DNA of 63,966 nucleotides, the filler included, from Perkinsus chesapeaki ATCC PRA-425 (taxonomy: Eukaryota > Protista > Perkinsozoa): assembly GCA_013115145.1 (NCBI GenBank). It is 7 parts of 7 records of this genome, joined end to end, with 100 filler letters (N's around TTAATTAATTAA, not from the genome) between each part and the next. Parts side by side here need not be neighbours in the genome. Positions count along the whole stretch, not along the records: positions 1 to 30,330 come from JAAPAO010000437.1; 6 more parts are not named here. One strand, written 5' to 3'. The notes below the pieces were generated by a model. That model saw only the letters and a list, made by a program, of their open reading frames with translations, had not been told where the DNA came from and ran no database searches. Position numbers and translations under genes: made by a program. Positions 1 through 11,209 of the stretch are shown in pieces; positions within the stretch are counted from its first letter, which is position 1, and every line of letters starts with the position of its first letter.

Positions 1-70
1 ACCCTGGGAGGTGGTAGTGGTTTAGTATCGGCCACTTCAATATACCCTGGGAGGTGGTAGTGGTAGTGGT
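1..70. repeat. Short direct duplication at the window/contig start (period 43 bp)
   Basis: ACCCTGGGAGGTGGTAGTGGT occurs at 1-21 and 44-64. Confidence 0.8.
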
Positions 71-551
71 TTAAGAACATCAATTTCGCTACAATCATCT
101 ACGAATTACAATCTCGGAACTTTACTGAGAACAATGTCGAATATACGAACTTCAATTTCGACACATACTTCCTAACTCCACCAGGTTGACTTACAAAAAA
201 TACCAGACATAAAACAGATAATACACAGAAACATTATAATTACAGATAAATTTGACAGAAAATACCAAAGACATGGTCATGATAACGTTTCTTAGATAGA
301 GTTACTGGGTGACTACTAAACGAGAATCTTTACGTGAATTTCGAAGTTACTAAGAGTAACTTACTATTGTCGAAATAGGCGTTGAAAAGGTGTAGACGTT
401 GAAAATGTTACGAATGCCATTGTGATGTTTATTTATTACGAAACCAGTTTAAATTAGCAAATATCGAGTGAGTAGCGATGAATTGTCATATGTCCGAGTG
501 ATTTCCCTATGTCTAATGTAGCCTATCAGATTTCCAGAATACATACTGTAG

Positions 552-1411
552 AACGCCTTGGACGTCGTTATGCCTGATAATGTTTGGCAAGGTGACGTGT
601 GTTCTCGAAGCAATTAGTAAATACTATTAGCCGTTCGATCGCTGTGGCTATGTGTGAGGCAATCGCAAGCCAGTGGAATGGGCAGGCTTTATCCGCGCTT
701 TTATAAGCTATTCAAATGTTATCGACTGTTGCTTCAAGAGGGTCATGTCGAAGTATATTGTATATCACCATGTTACTATAATATGGCGATGTTGATATGT
801 AAATATTGTACTTGTGTCAGTTGGTGAAGATTACCTTTGTTGTTCTAACGGTTGTGGCCATATCTGCAAGCGTGGTGTGAGTCAGGAAGAGTACAACAAA
901 TTGGCGGACTTCGATAATCGTCCCGTTACCGCATGTGAAACGCAAGCGGACATCAAAGCGGTAACGTTGCTGGTTCAGTTACTATATTGATCGGTTTCAA
1001 CAATGGCGTCGATATGGACGAAATCTCGGCCAGCTTGGTGAGTTTTGGTTTTAATTTTCGGGAGTGACGATTCGGATGTGGCAGAATTCGGGTGTGATAG
1101 CAAGCGGCCTGTCGCTCCCACCGGCCTCAGTAAATCTTAGCTTACTGCGTGCATTGAGGATGGCGACCATCAAGGTTAAGGTGAGGGAGGGTTGAGTTAT
1201 GATGTATTAGTGATTTTGCAGACTTCCAACCAAGCCGATGCGGAGGGCATGAAGGAGTTACTCAAGAGCATGCCGGAAGTTGCTGGTGCTGTAAACTCTA
1301 CTGAAATAGAATGGACTTACGCCGAAGTGAATGCAAGTAGTACTTCAATTAAACTACTGCAATTGATTAGTAATTGTTAGGGCAACCGTCGATGGATATT
1401 GAGGAGATCTA
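552..1411 (+). CDS. Multi-exon gene fragment with a WAP-like Cys motif followed by a subtilisin-prodomain/I9-like segment
   Basis: Exon near 821-960 reads GEDYLCCSNGCGHIC. Downstream exons read TILIGFNNGVDMDEISASL, LLRALRMATIKVK and TSNQADAEGMKELLKSMPEVAGAV. GT-AG introns were placed by eye and one junction (about 960-980) could not be resolved. Confidence 0.35.
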
Positions 1412-1599
1412 AGATTTTAGCGAAAAACGGCATTTTGTAGAATATTTGATTCAGTATGTTTGTTGAGTTGGGTATCCTTCATAGCCATCTGATCGGGTCG
1501 GACCGACCCGGTCGGTGGTGCCTTGGGTCATTCAAATTGGGTGAATATTCGTGGCGTACATATGGTTGGGCTTAAAAAGTTTACTAAAACATTGAACTG

Positions 1600-2792
1600 T
1601 AAAGTTACAATGTTGCGCTGAGCATTGCTCAGTGAGGATCCACCCTCGACTTTTCTTTCGTGCCTTTTTACAACAAGAAGAAGTATTCAACAGTAGCAGG
1701 TTCTGAACCTCAGGATCTGAAGATATAGTCTATATCTGAGAGTGGGTTTTGACTTGGAAAATCCACGAAACAAGTTCTGTCTACAGAACTCGAAACTCAA
1801 AAAGCCAACGAAACAAACAATATCAAATTATGATGTGTGCTGAGGTGCTCCCTCATCCTAGTATTGATGAATAATCGGAACGTTATCCCGTCAGCGCGAC
1901 ACTGGTAGAAAGGGCGCCAAAGCATCTTCTCAGGAGGACTCTTGATACTGTCGGAAATTGCCTCCGCGCTGATGAATGCGTTGTGAAGCTTAGGTGACTG
2001 CCCCGTTCGAGAATTTTCTGATTTTCTTGAGTTCCCAGGCATACCACCTGAACTTGCTCGACTTCACAGAAATCTGGGCAATGTCCAGTGGACATGAGAT
2101 TAAAGAATTAAGGGATGTATACGCACCGCCTCAGATGTCCTCGCTTGTACCCCTATATTATTCATTTCAACCTTTCTCACACCTAATATATATTGGATTA
2201 TTGCAATAAGTGTCCTAACCTTAGGGTACTACCCTATCCCTTGAAGGGATTCCCTTCTCACTCCTATCCCTCTTCTTCATTTCCACCGGAACTAACGGGT
2301 GGACAACATATTCAGCCAGATATAACGGCTATTCATATGATTAACAGAGTAACTTGGCTATTGCCTGCTTTCACATTCAGACTGAATGATTCAGTGAATG
2401 TCATTCACCAACCATGCTATGGTTACATAGCTGGGGACATTGAAAGAAAATTTATATCTTCGATACTGCAGCAGTATGCACTGCATACCATGCAGTGCAG
2501 CAGTGTCATCAACAGCTGCAAAACGAGATGCTAAACTTCGGAAGTTTAATGTTTAAAGTTCAACTTTCAAGGCATGGGCTCCTTTCGTCGACAGGCTTTC
2601 GGGTCCTGAATGGGTAAGCGTGATATTCCTACAGTAGCTGCAGTACTACAGATTCCTTGGAGGATCACTAAAATGCACCCCAGCAAACCGTATCAACTTG
2701 CGATACCAACTTTGAGTGTCGCATCGGGCACAGCCGAGAAAGCCCCGGAGACAGACTCCGACATAGAGTAGATTTCGTATGGCAAGCTTCAT
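1600..2792 (-). CDS. Hypothetical multi-exon gene with a signal-peptide-like N-terminus
   Basis: ATG at 2792 gives MKLAIRNLLYVGVCLRGFLGCARCDTQ followed by a GT donor. Further small exon-like pieces lie downstream. The 3' end is uncertain. Confidence 0.3.
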
Positions 2793-3049
2793 TGAAACAG
2801 ATTGATAGAGATACCGGCCGTCACAGTAAAGATAATGCGATCTCGTGAGTAGTATAAAATGGCATTTCAAAAACGACGTGGAACAGACACATCGTTTGTT
2901 ACACACGACAGTATCGGAGTGTCAAAAAGGCTTGGGGTATTGATTTTAGTGTTAACTGTTAGTGTTTGGTGAAAGTTCAGAATACGAAACCCCATTTAGG
3001 ACTGATATGACGAAGTAGTATATCCATATTGACTTGACGTTGTTGAGTA

Positions 3050-3171
3050 AGTGTGCTATACGGTGTAGCCTATACTTCAATGCATGCTTCATGTTTGTTT
3101 TCTCAGTGTGCTATACAGTAAAGGCTATACTTCAATGTATGCTTCATGTTTGTTTTTTCAGTGTGCTATAC
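3050..3171. repeat. Tandem direct repeat, period 55 bp, about 2.2 copies
   Basis: AGTGTGCTATAC at 3050, 3105 and 3160, with CTATACTTCAATG.ATGCTTCATGTTTGTTTT repeated between them. Confidence 0.85.
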
Positions 3172-3301
3172 TACTGTACAAGGCGTAGTTCTGATTTTAA
3201 ACTAAGTTTTCTCGAGACTCGAGGTTCTGACCCAGACCTTCTGAGTGTGTAGCTCGAAGGATATTTAGCAGGCGACTCGCGTGATGCGTCATATACATCC
3301 G

Positions 3302-3366
3302 GTGCATAATATACACTGTATATGACGAGTCGATTCGACTCGTCATATACAGTGTATATTATGCAC
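3302..3366. repeat. Perfect inverted repeat, 32-bp arms with a 1-nt loop
   Basis: GTGCATAATATACACTGTATATGACGAGTCGA-T-TCGACTCGTCATATACAGTGTATATTATGCAC. Confidence 0.97.
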
Positions 3367-5388
3367 TAGGTGGCGTTGGTGCTACACATTCACTGTGTCG
3401 CATTGAACCTACTAAGGAGGTCCTCCTTGAAACAAGGATATTTTATAGAATGTCGCTTCGGCAACCGATACTATAGAATTGGGATTTCCACCAGGTCCAG
3501 AAGGAATCGTCCAAAGGCAAAGGTATCTCCAAAGATGGCCAACTGGAATTCTTTGAAAATATTAATGTTAAGCTGTGTTCTTAATCGTGAAGCAGCTCGC
3601 CCATTTTTACGTATCGGGCTGGTCAAGAAGACGATCAAAGCCCGGCATTTTAGTAGAAGTGACGAGTCCGGTACGCCTGCGTGCGACTGAGATGCAAACT
3701 AGTTGTGATTTTGCCTCAAAAAACTAAGTGTGCCGAACAATACTGATACCAGGTAGTATGTGTGCGCAAATAATGTGTAGTTTTTATGTCGTGACGACAT
3801 TGTCGTCGTGCTTGCCCAAAGTTAAGTCGTACTACAAGACAAGCTTTCTGGCGTGCTCCACCGGGTGGAGTCCACCCAGGGTTGAGTTGAGGCGCCGCTC
3901 CAGAAGCGGGGCGTATACGATGGGATGAAATGGTACTGGACGAACAATACATAAATTAGTAGTCAGTCCATAATCGGTCATATTCATTATATTGGTCAGA
4001 GATAACCAAGGCGAGTTGGTAGAACCTTGGATGACCTATACTAACCAAATTGTCAAGCATGTGATGATGCGCTTCGGGCAAGCTTGATGTTCTTTCACAG
4101 TGGAAGTTTCACTTCAGCCAGCATGTACAGCCCGACGCAATGAAATAGAATATTTCGTATTTTTTAGATTTCTCACTCAATATTGAGTATTATCGAGCGA
4201 AATTTAAAACATGAGTACTACAACGAGAATCGAAAACATGACACTAAATCGATCAACCGTTTCATGACTATCTACTGATATCTTGGCGCGCGAATTTTTC
4301 ACCGCGCGCAGAACTGGCGCAATGAAATAGAATACTTTATGCGCGTTTGTGTTACTCCACCAACTGGTCAACTCAAGATCTAAAAACTTCAACCTAGGAA
4401 CTAAGACACATACGCTATCACATGGTACATGAAAATCAGAAACTAGTAATCAATTACGGCCCCCTGGCCCTTCAGAACTGCGCATAGCCGCATGTAGTGA
4501 TGATTAAAGCCGAACACGTTTGATAGTTCCACACAGCGATGCCCCGATTCAGTTAACGTTCGCTCAGCGAACTTCGCTGGTACACGCACGTTTTAGCTCT
4601 GTTGTAAATAGCGATAACGTTCTTCCAACACTTTCTAGTAATCACACGATATTTTTTTCACAGGAATAGCTCGAGAAGTCGCCCGATTGAGAAACGGAAA
4701 TGTGGGCCGAAATCCGAAAGTGATTGGTGCAAGTCTCTTTCTGGTTGTTGGAGGTTCCCTGGACGCACGCTCGTTCGATAGTACCTCACCCCCCAAGCCA
4801 GAAGGCATTGCTTGGATGAGGGCTCAGTCAAAGCAGAAGGCCTAGGATCGAATATTCAGCGCATGTCAATTCACAAAGTCATGCGGTCCTACTAATCTAT
4901 TACCAGGAGTCTCATAGGGCTCGACAGAGAGCATGATGGAAGCGCTCGCCCAGCGAGCCTGTGCCCAAGTGAACCTTGAAGTTCGGCCACTGAGCTGACA
5001 TTCACGCCTAGAACCTATTACATATCAGCATTGCTTCGCTTGTTCCACCTCAGAGGCTTTGCTCGGCTAGGCTTTTCGTCGAGGAACTACATTTTCAGTG
5101 AGGCTTTATAATATCGAGCTGTGACGCGCGCGCCGCATGCTCGTCACGCGCCGTACGTCACCTCAATGAGAACGGTGGATTTCATTCAGCATGCCGCGCG
5201 CGAGTTTTTCTAAATCTTCTCCAACCCTAAAGTGGTATTCCCCTCGTTTGAACAAGGAAATCATCGACCGGGCGGCCAGGCTATATTCGGTAAATATAGC
5301 CGCGAGATATCGAAATCAGAGCTGACGTACTTCCAGATTTCATACGTGCTGTAGCTACTACGATCGAAGATATTGTGCCTTTCTCAGA

Positions 5389-6129
5389 ATGTTTATTAAA
5401 CAAGTCGACCCCCCTTATGCCACTTCTGAGTTAGAAGCTCTGACCAGTTCAGCAATGTCCAATGGAGAAGGCTCGTCAACACATTTCCTCACCTATCTTG
5501 GAACTTACGAAAGACTTCATTCGACGAAGAATAAACATCGATGGTATCCTTACAGAAGAGTCGATGTCATCAAGGGTATAATTTATTGTTTAATTCTCTC
5601 ATGTATCATTTTCGCTCTCTCATTCTTCACTTGGTGGCCATACTACATAACTCGACTACAAGCCGAGAGCCTATCCCTCTCCGTGCTGAGTCTTCGTGTT
5701 CTCTCCGCCGTGGACTGTAGACTGGTGAACCTGTCCAAGGATATATGTTTTCGTACGGAATTTACTCTGGAGGTCGAATCCAGCGCCGATGATGAGCTAA
5801 TAATTCGTCGGTCTGGTGGTGAAATATTTGGCTCCTCTCCACCGTATGGGGAAACGTGGGTTAGTTTCGTGCTTGCCGATTTTAATATCGCCGCACGAGA
5901 GAAACGCACATCTATCCATATCGGATATATCTGGGTGTTTGACAGCTCTTATCCACATGTTTCACGTTGGGTGTTAACACGATCACCTATTCCTGTGTCG
6001 CTTGACGTAGATGTCTGCCGTACGCCAAATACGGCGGACTGTGTGAGGCAGAGCCGCAAGGTTGTTGTGTATAACTACACCTTGTTGAACTTTACTGAGC
6101 ATCATCCCACGGACAACTCGCCACGATAG
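5389..6129 (+). CDS. Intronless single-pass (type II-like) membrane protein, possibly LEA_2/WHy-like
   Basis: 246-aa ORF. One hydrophobic helix (IIYCLILSCIIFALSFFTWW) is followed by a beta-rich region (EFTLEVESSADDELIIRRSGGEIF...FNIAAREKRTSIHIG). The fold assignment is an inference. Confidence 0.6.
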   Translation: MFIKQVDPPYATSELEALTSSAMSNGEGSSTHFLTYLGTYERLHSTKNKHRWYPYRRVDVIKGIIYCLILSCIIFALSFFTWWPYYITRLQAESLSLSVLSLRVLSAVDCRLVNLSKDICFRTEFTLEVESSADDELIIRRSGGEIFGSSPPYGETWVSFVLADFNIAAREKRTSIHIGYIWVFDSSYPHVSRWVLTRSPIPVSLDVDVCRTPNTADCVRQSRKVVVYNYTLLNFTEHHPTDNSPR

Positions 6130-6499
6130 GCTTCAAATATCATTGTCATCCAGTTCAGATCGTTGCGCAGTCAATGGCTTTTACGTGGCGATAAGACACC
6201 CCTTGTGCAACATTCCCAAAAGCTACTAGAGTGCTTTGCAGTGAGACCTAAGGGGAGTATATTGGACCGGATGATCATTTCCAATTATAATACGACAGCG
6301 CAAGGATTGGAACCTGCGCATGCTGAGCCTAGTGCACTTTGAGTCCACCTGCTTAACCACTCGGACACGCTATCACTGAGAATTAATTTTATATATTGGA
6401 TCGCGAGTGGAACAGGAAAGCTAGGCCTTTGTTGATGTCTGCACTGCAGTTGTGTTTATCCGCTTAGCTTCATATCATTACTTCGTATTTAGTTCGGCA

Positions 6500-6815
6500 C
6501 AGGAGTATTCATGGCCGAGTATAAACACCAATGGTGTTTATACTCGGCCATGAATACTCCTGGTGTTATGACTAATGGTGTTACACTAATGGTGTTACAC
6601 CATCAAATAGCGGTGGTCAGCCAGGCTGCCGGCTACTGTGACTATTTAATTCATTGCTAAAGATGGACTAATATTCCCAATGGGAATATTAGAGGGTGTT
6701 AGGCGTCCCATAGACCGTCTATGGGAATTTCCCATAGACTTGAACTCGGTGATTTAAACGGGTGTTTACGTGACACTGTGAGGCCTTACTATACAGGCCT
6801 TGCCTTTGTCTATGG
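6500..6815. repeat. Cluster of chained perfect palindromes, each with a 1-nt loop
   Basis: Hairpins at 6500-6562 (31-bp arms), 6589-6603 (7), 6668-6692 (12), 6706-6726 (10) and 6717-6739 (11). Confidence 0.93.
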
Positions 6816-9061
6816 GGAAAGAATCACGATCAACTACTATAGGATCTACGAAATCTTCTCTCGCAGTTTCTGTCTGTGACCGTGACACGAGAAGGAGAAT
6901 TGCAGAATATGCCAGCCAAAGGTGATCATCCGTTGACCTATAGCATCTACTACAAGCAGCTGAGCCTTAGCTCATCGCGTTTGGAGGATTATTCAAGGAT
7001 TCGATTTGGCTCGAGGAGAATTTCTGCGCAGAATCGACTTGCTCCTGCTAAAGGGGCGCTGACACAATTCAGAACGATAATTAGAAAGTCCATCTTCTAA
7101 CGAACGTACCGGTCGTGCAACAGGTCTACTGGCACCCATACTGCTTCGTCTGTTGATTTCTTTCTCGAATCACTAGATGCTCGTGAAAAGCTGAGAGAAT
7201 CACACTCCAGGTTGCAGGTGGGGCGCGAAACCTACATTAGCCACGCTTTCGCCTCCGTAGGCACGCGAGAGAGACAGCCGTGCTCGTGAAGTAGAGCTTG
7301 ATAAACTAAAAAGAGAAATAATTGACATCAAGAATATCTCGAAAGAGACAGCCCGAAAATTCCGAGCAAAAATACAAAGCCTTGTAGAGGAAAACGACAT
7401 CTTGCGAGAAGTAAGGGAGCAATACGCAAAAACCGCAAATATCTTCCACTTGCTCACGTTATTGGGAGGTTGGAAATACTCGCGGCGAGTGTCATTGGCG
7501 GACTCCCTCTATCTCGAGTTTATCCTATTCTATTTTCAACCGAGGACTCTACCGTACATCAGAAAAACGAAGCGTCGTCGTTGACTATAGAGTCACTTCG
7601 GTCTGAAGTGAAGAGCGCGAAGCACCGGATTGATCGAGTAGAGAGCGATAGGGATAAGCTTCGTGGAGTTATTGACCAACTTGCTGAGAAGCTCGCCAGC
7701 ACAGGGACTCCATCAAGGTTCAGTAAATACTAGTATGAGCATTCACCGTGTAGTCCGTTTAGACGGTCTTCCTTGCATGGCTTAACAGAACAAATACAAC
7801 GCCTCATGTCCTCATCAGAACAAAATATTGATGTGAGCTAGTCAATCCAAGCGGACTAAGTAATTCTAGCGACAGGAAGACGCGTTTCGAGTTGAGGATT
7901 TCGTTAGTGCACAGGCTGCGGTTGGACTGATTCCAAAGGATGTGGCCGCCTATATAAAAAGGTAACTAGGTGACGCACAGGTATGAGTAGGGTGAAAAGG
8001 CATCCTTGATCCGGTGGTAAGCCCGTGACCTGCCCCGAATGTACCCCGGTACTGTAGGCCTATCAGGGCAAGGGACCTGACGAAAGGGAACTTTTTATGA
8101 TACCGAGTCGTAACGATGTGCTTTTGTGGATTGCCATGCTGTGCTTGAAGTGAGCCAAATGGTTGCAGATCCGAGAAGGAGGCGGTAAAATTGAGAGAAG
8201 CAAATCGATCATTGGAGGCAACCAACGCTAAGCTTATTAATAAGCTTCGAGTAGCACATCTGCGGAGTACGGAGACGAAACATATGAAGCATGTGGATGC
8301 TGCGGCGAGAACTATTATGTGAGTTGAATACACGAGAAGTGGGAGGATCGCGAGCTTGAACAGGCAGTTGAAGAAGCTCCTCCGCGAGGAGCAGGCGAAG
8401 CGAGAAAAACAGGAGGCTTATGTGCGCCGACTTGAAAGGAAACTTCTGGAGCAGAGCACAAAAGGATTCTCTCGTGAGGACACAACTTCTGCTGCTCGAC
8501 CGTTCTGGATGAGGCTCAGGGGAGCGTGGCCGAGTAGACGGGGTTGATTCCAGAGCAATTATCAGAGCTGCAGCAGATGAGCTTGGTGTACGGTCGAATG
8601 AAATAAGTACACTAGATGTTAGGTCGGGGTTGAGCTCTGAGTTGTGCGATGAGGGTAAGCCGGAGCCGACTAACTTCTGTAGAAGTGTGAGGTAGATTTC
8701 GGAGCATTTACTGGCGTGCAGCACAAGCAAGAATCGCCAAAGCCAGCCAAGACCCTACTGCCGAACGAACGAGCACCGAAAAGCTCTCCATCAATGGTTA
8801 TGCGTCTGCATAGTTTAGATAATTAATTTGAATGTAGGTGCTAGCAAAGTGGGAAAAGGTCCAAGAGGAGAGGAGCCAGAAGCTCAAAACCGTAAGCCAG
8901 TCTATTGGAAGCTGAGGATCAAAACCTAGTAGGCACGCTCGACCACGCCTCGACAGAGTGGAAGGCATTCCTCCGCAACCGATTCCGAGGACCACTGTGA
9001 GATCTCTGATATAGAGTTTGTTACTGACATGGTCGCCAAAGAACATGGCCTCGATGACTGA
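6812..9061 (+). CDS. Multi-exon coiled-coil protein of unknown function
   Basis: ATG at 6812 (MGKESRSTT...). Heptad-rich exons include ARERDSRAREVELDKLKREIIDIKNISKETARKFRAKIQSLVEENDILRE, IESLRSEVKSAKHRIDRVESDRDKLRGVIDQL and LLREEQAKREKQEAYVRRLERKLLE. Short GT-AG introns. Putative stop at 9059-9061. Confidence 0.55.
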
Positions 9062-9939
9062 TGTTTTCTAGTAGAGTATTCTGTTCGGTTCTCTGTGAAT
9101 AGTGAGGAGCCCAATGCCACACACATACCATACGACCCGCATATATTGTATGTTGGGAAGTGCGCTTTTTGCCAAGTTGTGTCAACGCCGCTGTAACAGA
9201 AGTGAGTCGATTGTCGTTCTATATCGACTCCGATTGTTGATCATTAAGCAGGATAGTGTGTACAGTACGCCTGCGTGGGGTACTATTAACCCATCGCCGC
9301 TGGATCCACTGCAATTTACCGAGATTGAGACCACTGCTGTTATTTATTTTTATCGTCTGATTCCCGTTATTTGATTTTTTTGTCTGTTGGAACTTTATAA
9401 ACGCAAACTTTAGGACATCTTCAACAATAACAGTTCACGCTAAGTATGGCAGTCTTTGAGGCCCAGACGGTTGAAGTCAACCGAATCCTCCTCCACTGAT
9501 CTGGCACGACTCTGCGCCTTACAAATGTCGAATCCAAACTTCACAACTCGAGCAAGCATCATTGAGTACCTAATGAACCCGAGTCTCAAATGTCAATGAA
9601 CAAGGCCGTTGACGTATATCAATTTCCTCATTAGGTTATCGAGTTATCTAGATAAATCACCGGTGATACGCGCATGAAAAGACGCCACAGTGTGATTCAG
9701 TCTTCGCAAACGATGCACTAACTCCACAGCGAATCTGTTGCGCGTCATTTGATTATCATCGAAAGGGGGCTACTGACCACCCAAGAGCATCATCGAGTTG
9801 CTCTTCAATGAAGTACTTAATTCGCTAAGTAAATGTTTACCTAGCTGAGAGTAGTATTGCTGCTGGTCGCTCAGGAAGAGTGGATGCGAATACAAGGTCA
9901 GCAACCAGGCATACTACTGACAAGGTGGCTAATATCACA

Positions 9940-11209
9940 TCACATACCTGACAGAATATCCAAACAAGTGCCGCACTTGCACGCTTCAAATCTATAACAC
10001 AGTGAGGTTTGAAAGGGCATCAAGCCGGTATAATTGCGCAACTGTGTGAGCGGGAGTATACAGCTCAACGCCGGAAATTGCCAAGTTAGGCTATCTTCCA
10101 TTATGCAACTGCCGAGTGGGTTTCGTACTTCTATTGTTATTGTCACTGAAAGTGATGTGTTCACAGAATCGATATGTAAACTGAATGGTGCATGGGATTT
10201 TCACCGCTGTTTTCGACTAGGAACAGCTTCGAGCATTGTGGTATAAATGATACGACAATAAAAAGTGAATGTTTGGTTACATTCCAAAAGCTGGTAATGT
10301 AAGTCTTCCAACCTCGCTCCCACACATCAACGCTGCACTCAATGATTAAAGCACATGTCAAGAGTACCTAACGAAGTTAACCAAATACATTCCACGTATA
10401 GCCAAGTGGAAGATACTCCACATGCTCCTAAAAGGTAGGAGCTCCTCGTCCTCCTGTATTCACGCACGGCGGTTTATGAGGTGCCTCAGCTACGACATAG
10501 GGCTATACTATTTATCTTAAATAATGTTGTGCAAGGCTGCTGAGTTGTGTTATATTATTTCACATAGGAGAGGAGTGTGGAGATTCTCCTCATTGTTCTC
10601 CACTGGAGAACAATAGAAGCGAACTACGGGTTACAAGGCTGAACTTCAACTGAAAGCTTCCTCGTGCAGTCACATTTCAACGGTAATCGATACACCCATC
10701 CACTCACAGGCAGGCAGTAGACTATTGCCAACTATTGCCAACAGTTCGCGTTTGGAGCTACTAGACGATTTCATACCTCAGCAGTGATGAAATAAGAATT
10801 AGTGGAGTGTTGCCGTGTTGCCTGTGTTGAAGCGTTGAACCTGTATTAAAGCTCAAGATTGCTAGTATTCATCAACGCCCTACTGTAATAGAGCAATTAG
10901 AGTCCCCACGGAGAGAGCAGCGCAGAGCACACAGTAAATGGTGTACCCTGTTGTCAGCCTCGCGCGCGGTATAATCATCTGAGTCACAGAAGATGATCAT
11001 TGCAACTTAATCAGGCACACCTTGCCGTATTCAGCCGAATTGATGGGGCTGCTACTATAAGAGCTGGAGCTACCAGCTGCTGTGGAGATCGAGTCCGAGG
11101 CGACTATGGAAGGAGGGAGGCTTTCGTAGGTTCTGATTCTCCATGACTTGTCAGTGTCACAGTATGCTGGTGATTGAAGTAACGGTGAATCTCTAAAGGA
11201 ATCATCCAA
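9940..11209 (-). CDS. Hypothetical multi-exon membrane protein
   Basis: Hydrophobic exon segments TGYTIYCVLCAALSVGTLIALL and LIIECSVDVWERGWKTYITSFWNV. Boundaries are uncertain. Confidence 0.3.
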
